The notes: a model not told the origin generated them from the sequence alone. A stretch of DNA of 64,000 bases from Neoconidiobolus thromboides FSU 785 (GCA_025603075.1 MU626335.1:1-64000), one strand, 5' to 3'; shown: positions 1-12,249, counted from the first letter of the stretch. Program-made: numbers and translations.

Positions 1-1
1 A

Positions 2-1303
2 CTTATTTCAGGTTATTTTTCTCAGGATTGTTCTAGTCCTTACCAACGTAAAGAAATTAGAGAGCTTACTCAAGATGAGCTTACTCGCTTTGTAAGGGCT
101 GCTAAAAAACTTCAATCCACTAAAGCAGGTAGTGGAAACCTCACTATTTATGACAATTATTCAAAGATACACTACAATGCTCAAGGTAATGCTCATGGTA
201 CTCCTAAGTTTTTACCATGGCATAGATATTATATTCGACTCTATGAAAAAGAGTTACAAAAGATTGATTCAAGTGTTCATTTGCCTTATTGGGATTGGTC
301 GAAAGATTATGATTATCCAGCTAATTCTGCTGTATTATCTAATTCATATATGGGAGCGAATGGTGATAGATCTAGAAATTATTGCCTCAACAGTGGTAAA
401 TTTTCTGGACTATATGTCAACTATCCAAAGTTACATTGTTTGCAAAGAAGATACGATCAAGGTAGTAGTGTATCTAGCTTTACTCCCCCTAGCATATTAA
501 ACAGTTTTTTGAACTATGATAAATTCTCAGAATTCTGTGGTAATTTAGAAGAGAAGCATGGTGATCCTCATGTAAAGATTGGCGGTGGCTATGACTTCAG
601 ACAAATGTATTCTCCTAACGATCCTCTATTTATGTTACATCATACTTTTATTGATATGTTATGGTATGAATGGCAACAAAGACATCCCGATTCAAATCAG
701 TTTGAAGGTGACTATTATGACCAAAATGTCTCACCATCCGATTCTTTAGTTACCTGGAGAGTTAATGTGCAATCTACATTTAATACAAAGAGCTCATTTT
801 ATTGCTACACTTATCCAAGATACCAGCCTTCTTTGAACGCTGACTCAAATAGCGTAGCAGCTACCAACGATATAAATACTTTAGAGGCTACTGCACCACA
901 AGGATCTAATGCTCAACTATCTAATACCAATAATACAATTAAGTCTTCTGGAACTGATAAAAGCAGCAATCCATTGGGTGGGGTTCTACCAATCAGAGAT
1001 AACAATGGTAACGGAAAAGGAAATGATTATAGTAAAGGAAATGGAAATGGGGTTCAAAGGTTATTAAAAAATATTAAAAATTTAAATCCCGATCAAGTAG
1101 TTAACCTTTTAAGCACTAATTTGCCGATTCTCGGACTTGGAATTATAAATCCAGGAGCACCTGGTAAAATTAAGAAGAGACTTCCATTACCCGATGATTG
1201 GATTAAAATGAATAATTTGAATATTGACAAAGTTCGTAAAAATGAAGCTAGAGATAATAAGTTCATTGATTTATTAAACACCATCCCTGGTATTTCAGAA
1301 TGA
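2..1303 (+). CDS. Tyrosinase / type-3 di-copper protein (5' end outside window)
   Basis: Frame is open from base 2 (LISGYFSQDCSSPYQRKEIREL...). CuA motif HYNAQGNAHGTPKFLPWHR, PYWDW, and CuB motif HGDPH...SPNDPLFMLHHTFID. The ORF-track start at 281 is internal. Confidence 0.93.
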   Translation, partial: LISGYFSQDCSSPYQRKEIRELTQDELTRFVRAAKKLQSTKAGSGNLTIYDNYSKIHYNAQGNAHGTPKFLPWHRYYIRLYEKELQKIDSSVHLPYWDWSKDYDYPANSAVLSNSYMGANGDRSRNYCLNSGKFSGLYVNYPKLHCLQRRYDQGSSVSSFTPPSILNSFLNYDKFSEFCGNLEEKHGDPHVKIGGGYDFRQMYSPNDPLFMLHHTFIDMLWYEWQQRHPDSNQFEGDYYDQNVSPSDSLVTWRVNVQSTFNTKSSFYCYTYPRYQPSLNADSNSVAATNDINTLEATAPQGSNAQLSNTNNTIKSSGTDKSSNPLGGVLPIRDNNGNGKGNDYSKGNGNGVQRLLKNIKNLNPDQVVNLLSTNLPILGLGIINPGAPGKIKKRLPLPDDWIKMNNLNIDKVRKNEARDNKFIDLLNTIPGISE

Positions 1304-1572
1304 ATACCTTAATATCAATAAAAATCTATTATTAGTATATACTAGTTCTTTTAATATTTCATCATTATGCTTTTTCAACTTTAAAAAATCAAAGTTATAG
1401 GAAATTATAGTGTTGGGTTGCTTTTTATAGCCCTCAGATACTTGTTACTAAGTTGTGAATAAATTCTTCGAATTTACATCATGTTGATATTTTTTTACGT
1501 ACCATTATATAATAAGTAGTAATTTAGTGTATTTTTGATCTAAGTATATAATGATTTTTATTAATAGGTAAT

Positions 1573-2262
1573 TTAGTTATATGGAGTAACATTATTAAAT
1601 CCATTTAAATTAGTCCCAGCGCCAATAACACCGGCGCCAATGGAGGAGCCATAATTATTAGAAGCACCAACCGAGCCAGCTTGATTAGTAAGGATAGAGA
1701 CACTGTTACCAGCACTTGTTCCTGAATAAGGATTTGAAGAAGCACCAAAAGTTGTACCGGAACCAGTAGCACCAGATGAACTCATAGCATTCGCTTGAGA
1801 AGCTTGTAAATTAGTAGAAGACCCAAACCCAGCATCACCAGAAGTAATACCGGAAGTGGCCCCAGTTCCAAAGGAAGATCCAAAGCCATTACTAGTACTT
1901 CCAGATCCAAAGCTAGAGCCTACATTTACAAGACCTGAGCTTGGCCCTGTTGCGCCATAAACTGCATTATTACCTGATGAAAAAGCATTGCTAAACGGGT
2001 TGACAGCACCACCTGCCACATTCGTACTAGAGCCAAAGGAAGAGTTTGGACCCGAAGCAATACCAGCTGAAGTACCAGAACTGGTACTGGAACCGCTTCC
2101 AGCGGATGAGCCAAAAGAATTGGTTAGACTGGCAGATCCGCCAAGTGTAGTGGAATTAATTGAACCTGAGCCTGATACTTGAGAAACTGAATCATCAGGT
2201 ACTGGTATAGCAAAGATAGAAGATAAAATTAAAGTAAGGATAAAATAGGCGTCATTTTTCAT
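1573..2262 (-). CDS. Secreted Gly/Ser/Asn-rich low-complexity protein, paralog A
   Basis: Likely start MKNDAYFILTLILSSIFA|IPVP (signal-peptide-like) at 2262 rather than 2367; colinear with the 4250-4927 protein; no Cys. Confidence 0.85.
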   Translation of the reverse strand: MKNDAYFILTLILSSIFAIPVPDDSVSQVSGSGSINSTTLGGSASLTNSFGSSAGSGSSTSSGTSAGIASGPNSSFGSSTNVAGGAVNPFSNAFSSGNNAVYGATGPSSGLVNVGSSFGSGSTSNGFGSSFGTGATSGITSGDAGFGSSTNLQASQANAMSSSGATGSGTTFGASSNPYSGTSAGNSVSILTNQAGSVGASNNYGSSIGAGVIGAGTNLNGFNNVTPYN

Positions 2263-4249
2263 TTCTAATAAATAATTTGGAGTAAAAGTCTTATAATTTA
2301 ACTCATTTATGTCTTTCTTTATATATATCTTTTTATTTTTCTTTCCTCCACTTTGTTTATTCCTCACCTACTATTTATTTCATTTTCTAGTGTGGCATAT
2401 TTGATTATCTTTTTAATTCATTTATTTTGGCTTGCCCCTTAAAAATGTATAGTCTAAAATTCTTATTTGCATTATGTCTTATAGTTGTTAAAATTCACAT
2501 GTATAAATTTTTGTAAATTTCTTCGGTTATTATTATTTGCTTGTTTTTTTAAAGCCTAATCCATAAGCTTTAGCAAAATTTATTCTAGAATTTAGCATTC
2601 AAATGGGCAGTTAAATAATTCTCAATTGATTTATAACAGTTCTAATTTTCCAAATTAGAATTTTGAATTTTTACTAAAATCTACAAACTGAGTGTGACTT
2701 TACTGAACATTTCCCAAGTAGTGCGTCTAATGGATAACAAAATAGCAGTCAACTTTATAATTGGTCATAATATCTCTCATTCACTAATAAGAAAAGTTGA
2801 GCCCAAGCTTATTTATATGATTTTATTTTACTAGTATTTATAAAACTTGCTATCAAAACTAGGTTTTCATTGTAGCCAAATGGTATAAGAGCCATGTCAT
2901 TACAATAAAATATTATATCCTAAACACTTATAAAACTGGTGCTTTTAATACCTTTTAAATCCTCGATAACATAAATCCTAAGTGTTTTATTTATTTAAAA
3001 CAAAAAAGAGAATTAAAATGATACTTGTAAAAAAAGGGCAGCAGCTAAAAGATGAGTTTCTTAAAGTTATCTTGGTTTCAAATTAGATAACGTACAAGAG
3101 ATCATGAGATCATTAGATCATATTTATATCAGATGGAAACCAAAATAATCAAAAAGGAGGACTATTTGTTTTCTTTGAGTGTCTTTTATATAAAGTTTGA
3201 TCTTAGGTACTAAAATTTAAACTTTTAGTGTAGCATTTTCGGTTAAAAATACTACTGAAAAAACGTCAGAATTTAAGCAGCTAGTTTAAAATTTTCAACA
3301 GTTAATTAAAACAAAAGTAAACAAAACAAAAAACATAATGACGAAAATTGTATTAGATCTTATTGCAACTATTTTAATCTATAACACAAAATTTAAGTTT
3401 TGTCTACTTTCTTTAAAATTATTGTTGGAAATTGTTAGAAGCTATTCAAATCATGACACCTTTTTGGTAGTATTTTCTAATTAAAAATCCTGTATTCGAA
3501 CAAAATAAAATAGTTTTTATTATTTTCTATTTGAATTTTATGATGTTTAGAGTATATCAGAAATAAACCATTTATACACGATTTATTCATGTATAACTCT
3601 TTTGTAAAAACATAGTTGGCTGTATGCAACCTCGCTTCTTTTACATACAATTTGTCATTACTTAATATATACTTATAGTCCTGTATAAGGTTTTTTTTAC
3701 TTGAAACTTCATATAAGTTGTATTATTTAGAATATACATTATATGATTGGTTTTCTATACAATCCTAATATTTGACATCAACATAGAATTTGAGAAAAAA
3801 CTTAAAGCAATATTGATATTTTCTTATTTTTTTCTACCAGTTGAATACGTTATAATCAGATTTTTATTCAAATATTTACTTTACATTTAGATTAGAATGT
3901 TAACATTTTACACTTTATCCAAATAATTAATCAAGTAAAAATGATCATCAATCTTGAATGTGAATAACATTTGCCTATTTTTTAATTGAAATAGTTTTAG
4001 GGTAATTGTGTGCAAACTAAATTTTTAAGTAAATTAATCCAAAATGTAGCAGCACTTTACTTTTGACTAAAATAATAGAAACGATCAATAAATAAACAAC
4101 TTTATGCACAGAAATTAACTACCTATTTCTACTAAGTCAAATCTATATACAACTTTAATTTTGTATTTTCTGTCTATAGCCTGTTTCAAGTACTATTTAA
4201 ATTTAAAGTAATTAAAATTTGATTAAGTGATTTTATTTTAATAAATATT

Positions 4250-4927
4250 TTAGTGGTATGGAGTAGCATTATCGTAACCATTAAAGTTAGTACCAGCACC
4301 AATGACACCAAGCCCAGTAGATGAACCATAATTATTAGAAGAACCAATAGATCCAGCTCCAGTAGCAATGATACCAACACTGTTACCTGCATTAGTACCT
4401 GAATATGGACCAAGAGATTGACCGTAACTGGTACCTGAACCAGTGACACCAGATTGATTAAGGATGTTACCTTGAGAAGCTTGGAAGTTGGTAGATGATC
4501 CAAAACCAGCAGTTCCTAAAGTGACACCAGAAGTAGAACCAGAACCTGCAGAACCTGCATAGTTACTGGTACTTCCGAAAGTAGATCCTACATTAACAAA
4601 TCCATTATCACCAGTGGCACCAGAGATAGCATTATTACCAGATGAAAAGTTATTGCTATATGGAGTAGCAGTTCCTCCAGCTACATTAGAACTGGCACCG
4701 AAAGATGAGTTTGGTCCTGAACCAACACCAGCTGAAGTACCGAAACTAGTACTGGAACCACTTCCAGCTGCAGCACCAAAAGATGAGTTTACAGCAACAC
4801 TTCCTCCATTAGTGATACCACCAATAGCACCTGAACCACTGACTTGAGATACAGAATTAGTTGGGACTGGAACAGCAAGGACAGAAGTCAAAGCTAAGAC
4901 AATCATGAAAGGGATAGATTTAACCAT
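4250..4927 (-). CDS. Secreted Gly/Ser/Asn-rich low-complexity protein, paralog B
   Basis: Signal-like MVKSIPFMIVLALTSVLA|VPVP; colinear with paralog A (SVSQVSGSG, GPNSSFG, FSSGNNA, AGFGSSTN, YSGT.AGNSV, SNNYGSS, GVIGAGTN.NG, TPY). Confidence 0.88.
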   Translation of the reverse strand: MVKSIPFMIVLALTSVLAVPVPTNSVSQVSGSGAIGGITNGGSVAVNSSFGAAAGSGSSTSFGTSAGVGSGPNSSFGASSNVAGGTATPYSNNFSSGNNAISGATGDNGFVNVGSTFGSTSNYAGSAGSGSTSGVTLGTAGFGSSTNFQASQGNILNQSGVTGSGTSYGQSLGPYSGTNAGNSVGIIATGAGSIGSSNNYGSSTGLGVIGAGTNFNGYDNATPYH

Positions 4928-5740
4928 TTTGATAATTAGAGTAGTATTAATAATTTTAATAGATTAATAGATATTAGTTTGTTTTGATAATTATTTTGAG
5001 CATTTTACTTTCGTTTATATACGTTTTTTTAACCAGATAGTTTGTATATTAGTATAATCTAGATGGACTTGTATCCTAAAATTTTTTTAAACTAAAAATA
5101 TTGTGTGGGAATTTGAGCATCTAATCCTCCGCTTTTTTAACGTATTATACCCCCTGAATTATTAAGCCTGAATTTATATTTTTAAGGTTATTTTTTATTC
5201 AATAAATAGGATTGTAAATTATGCTTGGGTTTTATGGGTATAAAATTTCAAATAACTGATACTTTAGGGAGTTTTGACTAAAAATTATTTGTGTAGTATT
5301 AAATTCACTAAATTTTAAAACCAAACATATCTAACAGAGATAAAAGTTTAAATGATTTAATTAATATCAGTTTATCCTAGTCTTTGACTTGTATAATAAC
5401 AACCAAAATTACAGCTTACATACCATACTCATTAGTAAGAAAGTGAAATCACATAACACTTATAAACCGTTCATTGAAATATATTTAAATATACCATGCT
5501 TACTAAACAATACATTGTAAAGAAATATTATACATCAATGATGTTAAATGCACACTCAAGTCCTATTTGTAGAACTAAGCTTAATTATATTCTAAAATAA
5601 GTTAAGAGTGTGTTTGATATAAACCTTAGATATATAACTTAATAAGCTGCTTTCAGTAAATACTTCCAATTTTGGTTCCGATGTTAGGAATAGGCTATTA
5701 TTTTTATTATTTAAAAGGTTTGAAAATAGGATCCACCGTA

Positions 5741-5844
5741 ATATGGGGATGTATTTTTTTTTTAAATTTTACTACCAATCTTTCGACTCAATAGCAATAG
5801 CACTTAAAAAATGGAAAAAATGATAAAACTAAAAACACCCATAT
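5741..5844 (+). mobile_element. ~105-bp MITE-like element family 1, copy 1
   Basis: ATATGGGGATGTATTTT...ACACCCATAT with internal consensus TTTTACTA.CAA...AATAG..CTTAAAA.ATGGAAAA. Confidence 0.8.
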
Positions 5845-5891
5845 TTTATTATAAAAACAACAAATTAATAAGAAACATTTAAAAATATAAC

Positions 5892-6000
5892 ATATCGGGA
5901 TGGTTTTTTTAGTTTTATCACTTCTTTCATTTTTTAAGTGCTATTGCTATTGAGTTGAAAGATTGTTAGTAAAATTTTTAAAAAAAATACATCCCTATAT
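5892..6000 (-). mobile_element. MITE-like family 1, copy 2 (inverted relative to copy 1)
   Basis: Reverse complement of consensus; shares the ATAGCAATAGC duplication with copy 1. Confidence 0.8.
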
Positions 6001-6649
6001 ACCTTTGTTTTTGTTTTTCAGCCTATTACCTTTTAAAGTTGGGATCAATAGTTACTTTGATGCGTTATTATTTTAAATGGTTAGTGAGACATACTTTAGA
6101 TATTTTTCACTTTGTAAGTGTGTTCATAATTAACATAAAGTATTCTAAGGAAAATATAAAAAATTGTGATATTATTAATTTCAGTTTTAGCTTATTATCA
6201 TCTGAATACTTAGGGAGATATTTGGGTATTCTTCACTTCGTATATTTAAAAGTATAATGAGTATACTTAGATTGAAAAGTATAAATTCAAACACTTTGAT
6301 AGTTTTCATATGTAGAATTCATAAAAGATAAAAATAAAAGATGATTTATTTTTAGTTCTTTTTTATATATAAAATTTGACTCTTGTTATTTAATAAGTAT
6401 TAATAATACTAATCATAGTGTTCGTGTTTTCATTTCTGATGAAGATCTGATGTCCTGAAGTTCAATTTTAGTATCCAGTATCACAAAATTTCTAAAGCTA
6501 CAAGCAAGGATAAAAAAATCATAATAAATTACTTTAAAACAAACTAGATGTTTATTAAACAAAGGGAGATAATTATTGAAAATTAAGTTATTTGATTGGA
6601 AAAATTTTGATAAAAATTGCTATTTATGTTTTAATATAAACTAATGACT

Positions 6650-6755
6650 ATATGGGGATGTATTTTTGTATTTAAGAGTTTTACTAACAATTTTCCACTC
6701 AAATAGTGCTTAAAAAATGGAAAAAGTAATGAAGCCAAAAAAAATAGCTCCATAT
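6650..6755 (+). mobile_element. MITE-like family 1, copy 3
   Basis: ATATGGGGATG...AGCTCCATAT, near consensus. Confidence 0.85.
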
Positions 6756-6866
6756 ATTTATTCTTTACTCTAAATGGTGGTATGTTGCATTTGTTAAGAG
6801 CTAACAAATTTTACCCATTTACTTAGAATAGCTGTTTATCAGTTAGTACTTTGATATCCAGGGACT

Positions 6867-6955
6867 ATATGGGAATATTTTTTTGGTTTCATTTTTTCCG
6901 TTTTTTAAGTACAATTTGAGGGAGAAAATTATTAGTAACATTATTTAAAAAAAAC
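6867..6955 (-). mobile_element. MITE-like family 1, copy 4 (truncated)
   Basis: Reverse-oriented copy lacking its last ~12 bp, directly abutting copy 5. Confidence 0.7.
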
Positions 6956-7062
6956 ATATGGGGATGTATTTCTGTGTTTAAGAATTTTGCTAATAATTTT
7001 TCCGCTCAAATGGCGCTTGAAAGATGGAAAAAATGATGAAGCCAAAAAAAACATCCCCATAT
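6956..7062 (+). mobile_element. MITE-like family 1, copy 5
   Basis: Both termini intact: ATATGGGGATG / CATCCCCATAT. Confidence 0.88.
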
Positions 7063-7882
7063 ATTCACATATATCACAATAGTCAAATTTTTTTGAGTTT
7101 GATAACTAATTTAATAATTGTAATAATTATAGTTATGTAATAATGCAGAATTAAATATAAACTTTAATTCACATTCATAAACATGTTAACCAAGGTATTT
7201 TAAAGAACCAATCTATAAATAACTTATTTAAAAATCTAATAGTGATTAGAAGACAAAGTATAGAAGAAGTAGAATTTAATGGTTACTGGAATTTAAAGCC
7301 AATTTCAAAATTAATGATTGATTTCCCCTATAATTTCCGCTTATTAATACGATATAATCACCTTTATTGATTGGCCATTATTTTTGGAGTTTTGGTTTTC
7401 AATTTTTTATATGAAAATACTACACTCTAAGGAAAAATAGATTTTATTTCTGAATGTTAGTCTAGCTATGTATTTAGTAATGATGATATAGCTCTAAAAT
7501 AATAAGTCAAAATGTATACACATTACATATGTCAAAGAAAGTCATACTTTAAAGTATCCATTTTGTAAACAGTTAAATTTTATTGAAACCCCCTACATCT
7601 CGCTTTTTTGTTACTATACAAACGAATTAAAAAGCCTCAATTGACTCACATTATTTTATTTATGATGCTATATTTTCTATAAGCCAACGGCAGAAGCTGT
7701 ATAAGAACAGTCAGTAATATTGTTCAAAAATATAGAGTAAAATCATACATTGGTTCTTCAATATTTAGAACTTATATAATATCAAGCTTTTGTGAAAATG
7801 ATTGAAAGGATATATAAATGTAAAGATTAATGATCAAAAAGTTAAGAAATTAAAATTTTAGCTAAGTTATTAGATAAAAACA

Positions 7883-10063
7883 ATGAAATTAGAACTATTA
7901 TTCAGTTTGCTAGCCATCTCCATTCTGGCCAATGGTAGTCCAGTTGCAACTAACTCAGAAGAAATTAAATCACAAGGAGAAGCAAATCAAATCAATACTC
8001 AAATTGAGACCAAGGTCCAAAAATCAATAGCTGAAGAATTTTTTGAAAGAAAGTTGCACGAAGCAAGTGGCTATAATGACCCATGTATAAAGATCAATGA
8101 TGTCACCAAAGTTTACAGCTATGAAGAAATCTTAGATTGCTATGATAGCTTTCCATTTAATAGTAAAATTCGTGATGAAGTCTTAGACTCTATGTGGAAG
8201 TTCATGCCATTTTATGTATTTGCCGATGTATCTAGAAAACGTTCAGTTGATGCTTCAGTAGAAGGAAGGACTTTAGATATAGAAAGTGCCTTAGCCACTT
8301 TAAGAATCAAAAACTATACCACTGATCGAGGCTTTCAAACCGATGTTATGGATTTATTCACTGAGTTAAAAGATGGCCATACTACGTATAGTCCGACTTG
8401 TTATTCAAAATTCTCTTTTAAATTACCATTCCCTCTAGTTGTCGTTGAGGATAATAACAAATTGATTGTTAAGGTCAGATCTGGTTACCAGCATAACAAT
8501 AATGAGTATGAGGCATGGAAGTCAAAAGGGATTGACATCAAAGCATTTGACGATGCTATTGTAGAAAAGATCGATGGTAGAGATGCCATTACTGCTATTG
8601 AACAGGTGGCTGATTCCACTTATGGAACTTCTCGTGATATACATGCAAGAATGAACGGGGTGTTATCAGCTGATATACTAGCAGATGGCAAATGGAACTT
8701 TGAACTTGGTATGTTTTCACAAAGACCATATCCACCTTCTAAAGAATCTGTAGCCTACGAAATGAATGTTAAAGGTAAAAAAGAAGTTATTGAAATCCCT
8801 TTTATTGCAGTTCCTAAAAATGAGGGATATATCGATGGAACTGATTTTTATCATAAATACTGTTTAGCAGATCAAAAAGTAGAAGCTCAACCACAAGATC
8901 CAGTTGAGATCATCAAACAATTTTTTGGTACAGTACCTAAGGAAACCATATTAAAGGGGGTTGAAAAGGGACCAGAAGCTATTATAGAAGAAATAAACAA
9001 AGAAGAGTTGGAAAAGTCAGATCCGTTGGTTGTAATTAAAAAATTACAAAGCACTTTAAATAAAACTATCCCATTAGATGTCAACCAAGATGAAAAAAAA
9101 GCATTTTTACTTCCTACCTCAAAGTTGAATAAACCAGCCAAAAATGGTATCTACTCCCAGTTTCATATTTTTGGCAAAGATGTAGGTGTGGCTGTTTTAC
9201 CTACCTTTGCCCCAGAAGACACGAATAAATTTATTGAAGAGATAGTGCTTGGGTTTAAAATGTTTGAACAACAAGGAGTTAAAAAGTTAATCCTTGATGT
9301 CAGCAATAACGGTGGTGGTATCATCTGCCTTGGCTATAATATTATAAAATACTTATTACCAGCCTCAAAGTACAGCCAGTTTTTGCTTGATATGCACGTA
9401 CACCCATTATTAACAACCATGTTACTTACCGAAGAAAATCCAAACTCATTTTTTTATCTACCTAAGCTCCTTAAAGAAGATAAAACGCCATATAAAAATG
9501 TTTTTGAATTCTTACCAAAAGAGGATGACCGCACAGATGTAGAAAATAGATACACTAACTTTTTCACTGACCAATGTGATGATGGAGACTTTATGGCTGG
9601 ATTAAAAAAGGATCAAGAACATGCCCCATTTGCCTTAGAGAATATTGCCATTGTTTCAAACTCGATCTGCTACTCTACCTGTAGTCTTTTTGTAAACTCT
9701 TTGCAAGAGTTAAGTAATACTACTGCTTTCACTGTTGGTGGTACTAAAATGCGCTCTGGACGCAAGCCTACGCCTGGCTCATTAAGCGGTGGTACTTTGG
9801 TGCAGCAAGATGTCATTTTTGAAAGTTTAAAATCGGCCAATTTACTTGATCATCCTTTAGCCCCAAAACCACTTCCAGTTAAAGCCACATTTTCTCTCAC
9901 AGCAAGGCAAGCTTATTCTCATGTACTCGATGAGGAAAATAAACCCGTTCCTTTGGAGTTCAAAGCTATACAGTCCGATAAGCATATTTATCATACTGAT
10001 GCTACTATTGGAAAACCAGACTTAATATGGAACAAAGTTGCTAAAGAAATGAAATTCGTTTAA
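7883..10063 (+). CDS. Secreted peptidase S41 family protein (fungal CPAF/tail-specific-protease-like)
   Basis: 726-aa intronless ORF with signal peptide; motifs LKDGHT, KLILDVSNNGGG and CYSTCSLF (candidate catalytic Ser) typical of fungal S41 peptidases. Confidence 0.85.
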   Translation: MKLELLFSLLAISILANGSPVATNSEEIKSQGEANQINTQIETKVQKSIAEEFFERKLHEASGYNDPCIKINDVTKVYSYEEILDCYDSFPFNSKIRDEVLDSMWKFMPFYVFADVSRKRSVDASVEGRTLDIESALATLRIKNYTTDRGFQTDVMDLFTELKDGHTTYSPTCYSKFSFKLPFPLVVVEDNNKLIVKVRSGYQHNNNEYEAWKSKGIDIKAFDDAIVEKIDGRDAITAIEQVADSTYGTSRDIHARMNGVLSADILADGKWNFELGMFSQRPYPPSKESVAYEMNVKGKKEVIEIPFIAVPKNEGYIDGTDFYHKYCLADQKVEAQPQDPVEIIKQFFGTVPKETILKGVEKGPEAIIEEINKEELEKSDPLVVIKKLQSTLNKTIPLDVNQDEKKAFLLPTSKLNKPAKNGIYSQFHIFGKDVGVAVLPTFAPEDTNKFIEEIVLGFKMFEQQGVKKLILDVSNNGGGIICLGYNIIKYLLPASKYSQFLLDMHVHPLLTTMLLTEENPNSFFYLPKLLKEDKTPYKNVFEFLPKEDDRTDVENRYTNFFTDQCDDGDFMAGLKKDQEHAPFALENIAIVSNSICYSTCSLFVNSLQELSNTTAFTVGGTKMRSGRKPTPGSLSGGTLVQQDVIFESLKSANLLDHPLAPKPLPVKATFSLTARQAYSHVLDEENKPVPLEFKAIQSDKHIYHTDATIGKPDLIWNKVAKEMKFV

Positions 10064-10577
10064 ACATGCTTTTAATTGCGCTAATTTTGATAACTATTAA
10101 ATAAATAAATTTTTAACTGATAAATCCTTATTGCTTGCTTAGATTTGTTGTATACATTATGGTTTATTTTTGTACTGTTTATAAAGTACCTAAACAATGC
10201 ATACAAATATTAAAAAAAGAGTTCACTTGTTAGTATTCAAACTAAAGCCTTTAAATTATTTAAAATTGCAGCAGCTAAAATTTTATTTAGATTATATAAA
10301 CAATAATGTTAATAGCGCACTTCTGGTCTATGTCCCAATGGTTTATTTTATTTTATTTCATTTTTAAATATGACATTCAAAGGCTATTTATTAAATATCA
10401 ATTGAAGTAAATTAGATTGAAGATGTCTTATTTTTAAACCAATTAAAGTCATGATAAGAATTATAAAAGTAGCCAAAATTATTTGTACAGAATTTTTATT
10501 AAAATATTATCAACGAGTATAATATCAATAGGTAGTGTTTAGATAAGATTCTACTACTTATTATAAATAATTTTACG

Positions 10578-10679
10578 TATGAAGATGTTTTTTATGATTT
10601 CATCACTTTTTCCATTTTTCAAGCGCCATTTGAGTGGAAAAGCTATCAGCAAAATTCTTGAAAAAACATATCGCCATAT
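10578..10679 (-). mobile_element. MITE-like family 1, copy 6
   Basis: TATGAAGATG...ATCGCCATAT, diverged termini, conserved interior. Confidence 0.78.
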
Positions 10680-11712
10680 ATAAAAGAAGTCACAAAATCT
10701 GATAAAGAAATGAAGTCAGTAAGATTGGCAGTTTATAAAGTATAGATGTTTTGTGCGAACCAACAAAAACTAATAATCAATTCCGAATAATTTGAGTCTG
10801 AGTCAATAAAACTTCCAAGAAATTTGTAACTAAGATGTTTTTTAGTAAGTTAGAAGCATTGAGATTATTTATAGAAAGTTAGATCGATAATTTAAGGTAT
10901 CGTATGCTTTATATTTATAGAAGCTAGGATAACCACATTTGTTGTTCAGTGCAGAAAATCAACTTTTCACATTATTCTTTAGGTCATGGATGGTACTATA
11001 AAATTTAAAATATCTTAAGCAGGAAAATGAACGAGGCCTATGGTAATTAAGGAATCTGATAATTGATAATTGATAGCTGAACAAAAGATTCTCATCAGTA
11101 GTTGATCTATGAGTTTAGATAAAATCAAAGTAAAGGCATAGTAGCTATGCAAAAGTATACATACACCTAAAGATAGTTGAATACTTATATCTTTAAAAAA
11201 AGAATTACATCACGTTAGTCTAAGCTTCCTTTTGCTATGAATCCTAATTTTTATCATTAAATCACCCTTAGTATGTATGAAAGAAAACCCTATATGTTAT
11301 CTAAATATCTCTTTATTAAAATATGCGCAAATTTATAAATTAAATAAAGCGTAAACTTACATACTAAAGTATCATCTAAAACAGAGCCTTCCTTAATAGG
11401 GGATTATTTATACTTTTTAAGCACGGAGTAATTGTTTAGTTGAAAGTATAATGATTTGTTAATAATCTCAAGGTTTAATTTAGAACACTACCTGTTCTCA
11501 ATAAAATTTCATAAGAACTAAAATATAAAATGATTGTTTTTTTACCATATCCCCCGTATTATAATCTTATTTAAAAAATACCAACTTTAATGGCAAAATC
11601 TATTGTTTTTAAAAACCATAGTTCAAGCTTAATTTATTATTTTTTATATCACAAAATGTAAAAAAATAGTATATAAATAGTTGAGTCGCACAATTCTTTT
11701 GACAAAATTAAT

Positions 11713-12249
11713 ATGAAAACTGAAGAAGCTGATTTAATGTGTAATTGTGCTACAAAGCAAAATGAAATTGTAAATGAAATCGATAACGAAGTCGATAATG
11801 AAGTCGATAATAAAATTTATATGTACTCTTCTATTATTTTCCTTCACAAAAAAGTGAGTGAAATGAGCGTTCATTTAAACAATATTAATACTCTTGAATA
11901 TTTCGGATATGAAATATTAGATACAGATAGGCATTTGATTGACCATTATTATTCAGTCAAAAACGGAGAGATTGTTAACTTGTTATGTAAGCATGACCTT
12001 AAATTTTTGAAAAAGAACTCAATAATACCAATTTACAAATTAACTCTTTTAGTTGTTTGTTTATTAGCTCTATATCATCTACCAGCTTTGAATCTACGTC
12101 ACTTGTTACCTATTTATCTTATCCGTGCAAAAGATTTGCTTGATCAAATAATTGCATTATCTAAACACACAAAGTTGACATTTACCAATTATTATTATAT
12201 CGATCTCACAAATGTATTGTGCTCGTATTTACTGCCACATATTCATTAA
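11713..12249 (+). CDS. Uncharacterised protein, orphan family member 1
   Basis: 178-aa ATG ORF with TATA-like TATAAATA ~40 bp upstream; shares HDLKFLKKNSIIPIYKLTLL-type motif with ORFs at 30695 and 47558; N-terminal 12-bp repeat encoding NEVD. Confidence 0.65.
   Translation: MKTEEADLMCNCATKQNEIVNEIDNEVDNEVDNKIYMYSSIIFLHKKVSEMSVHLNNINTLEYFGYEILDTDRHLIDHYYSVKNGEIVNLLCKHDLKFLKKNSIIPIYKLTLLVVCLLALYHLPALNLRHLLPIYLIRAKDLLDQIIALSKHTKLTFTNYYYIDLTNVLCSYLLPHIH

Noticed and set aside
132-500. 122-aa ORF overlapping the tyrosinase
   Set aside because: Alternative frame of the tyrosinase; the CuA motif is in frame 2.
2263-2367. N-terminal extension of the 1573-2367 ORF
   Set aside because: Lys/Asn-rich AT-derived sequence before a clear signal peptide; the paralog starts at the equivalent downstream Met.
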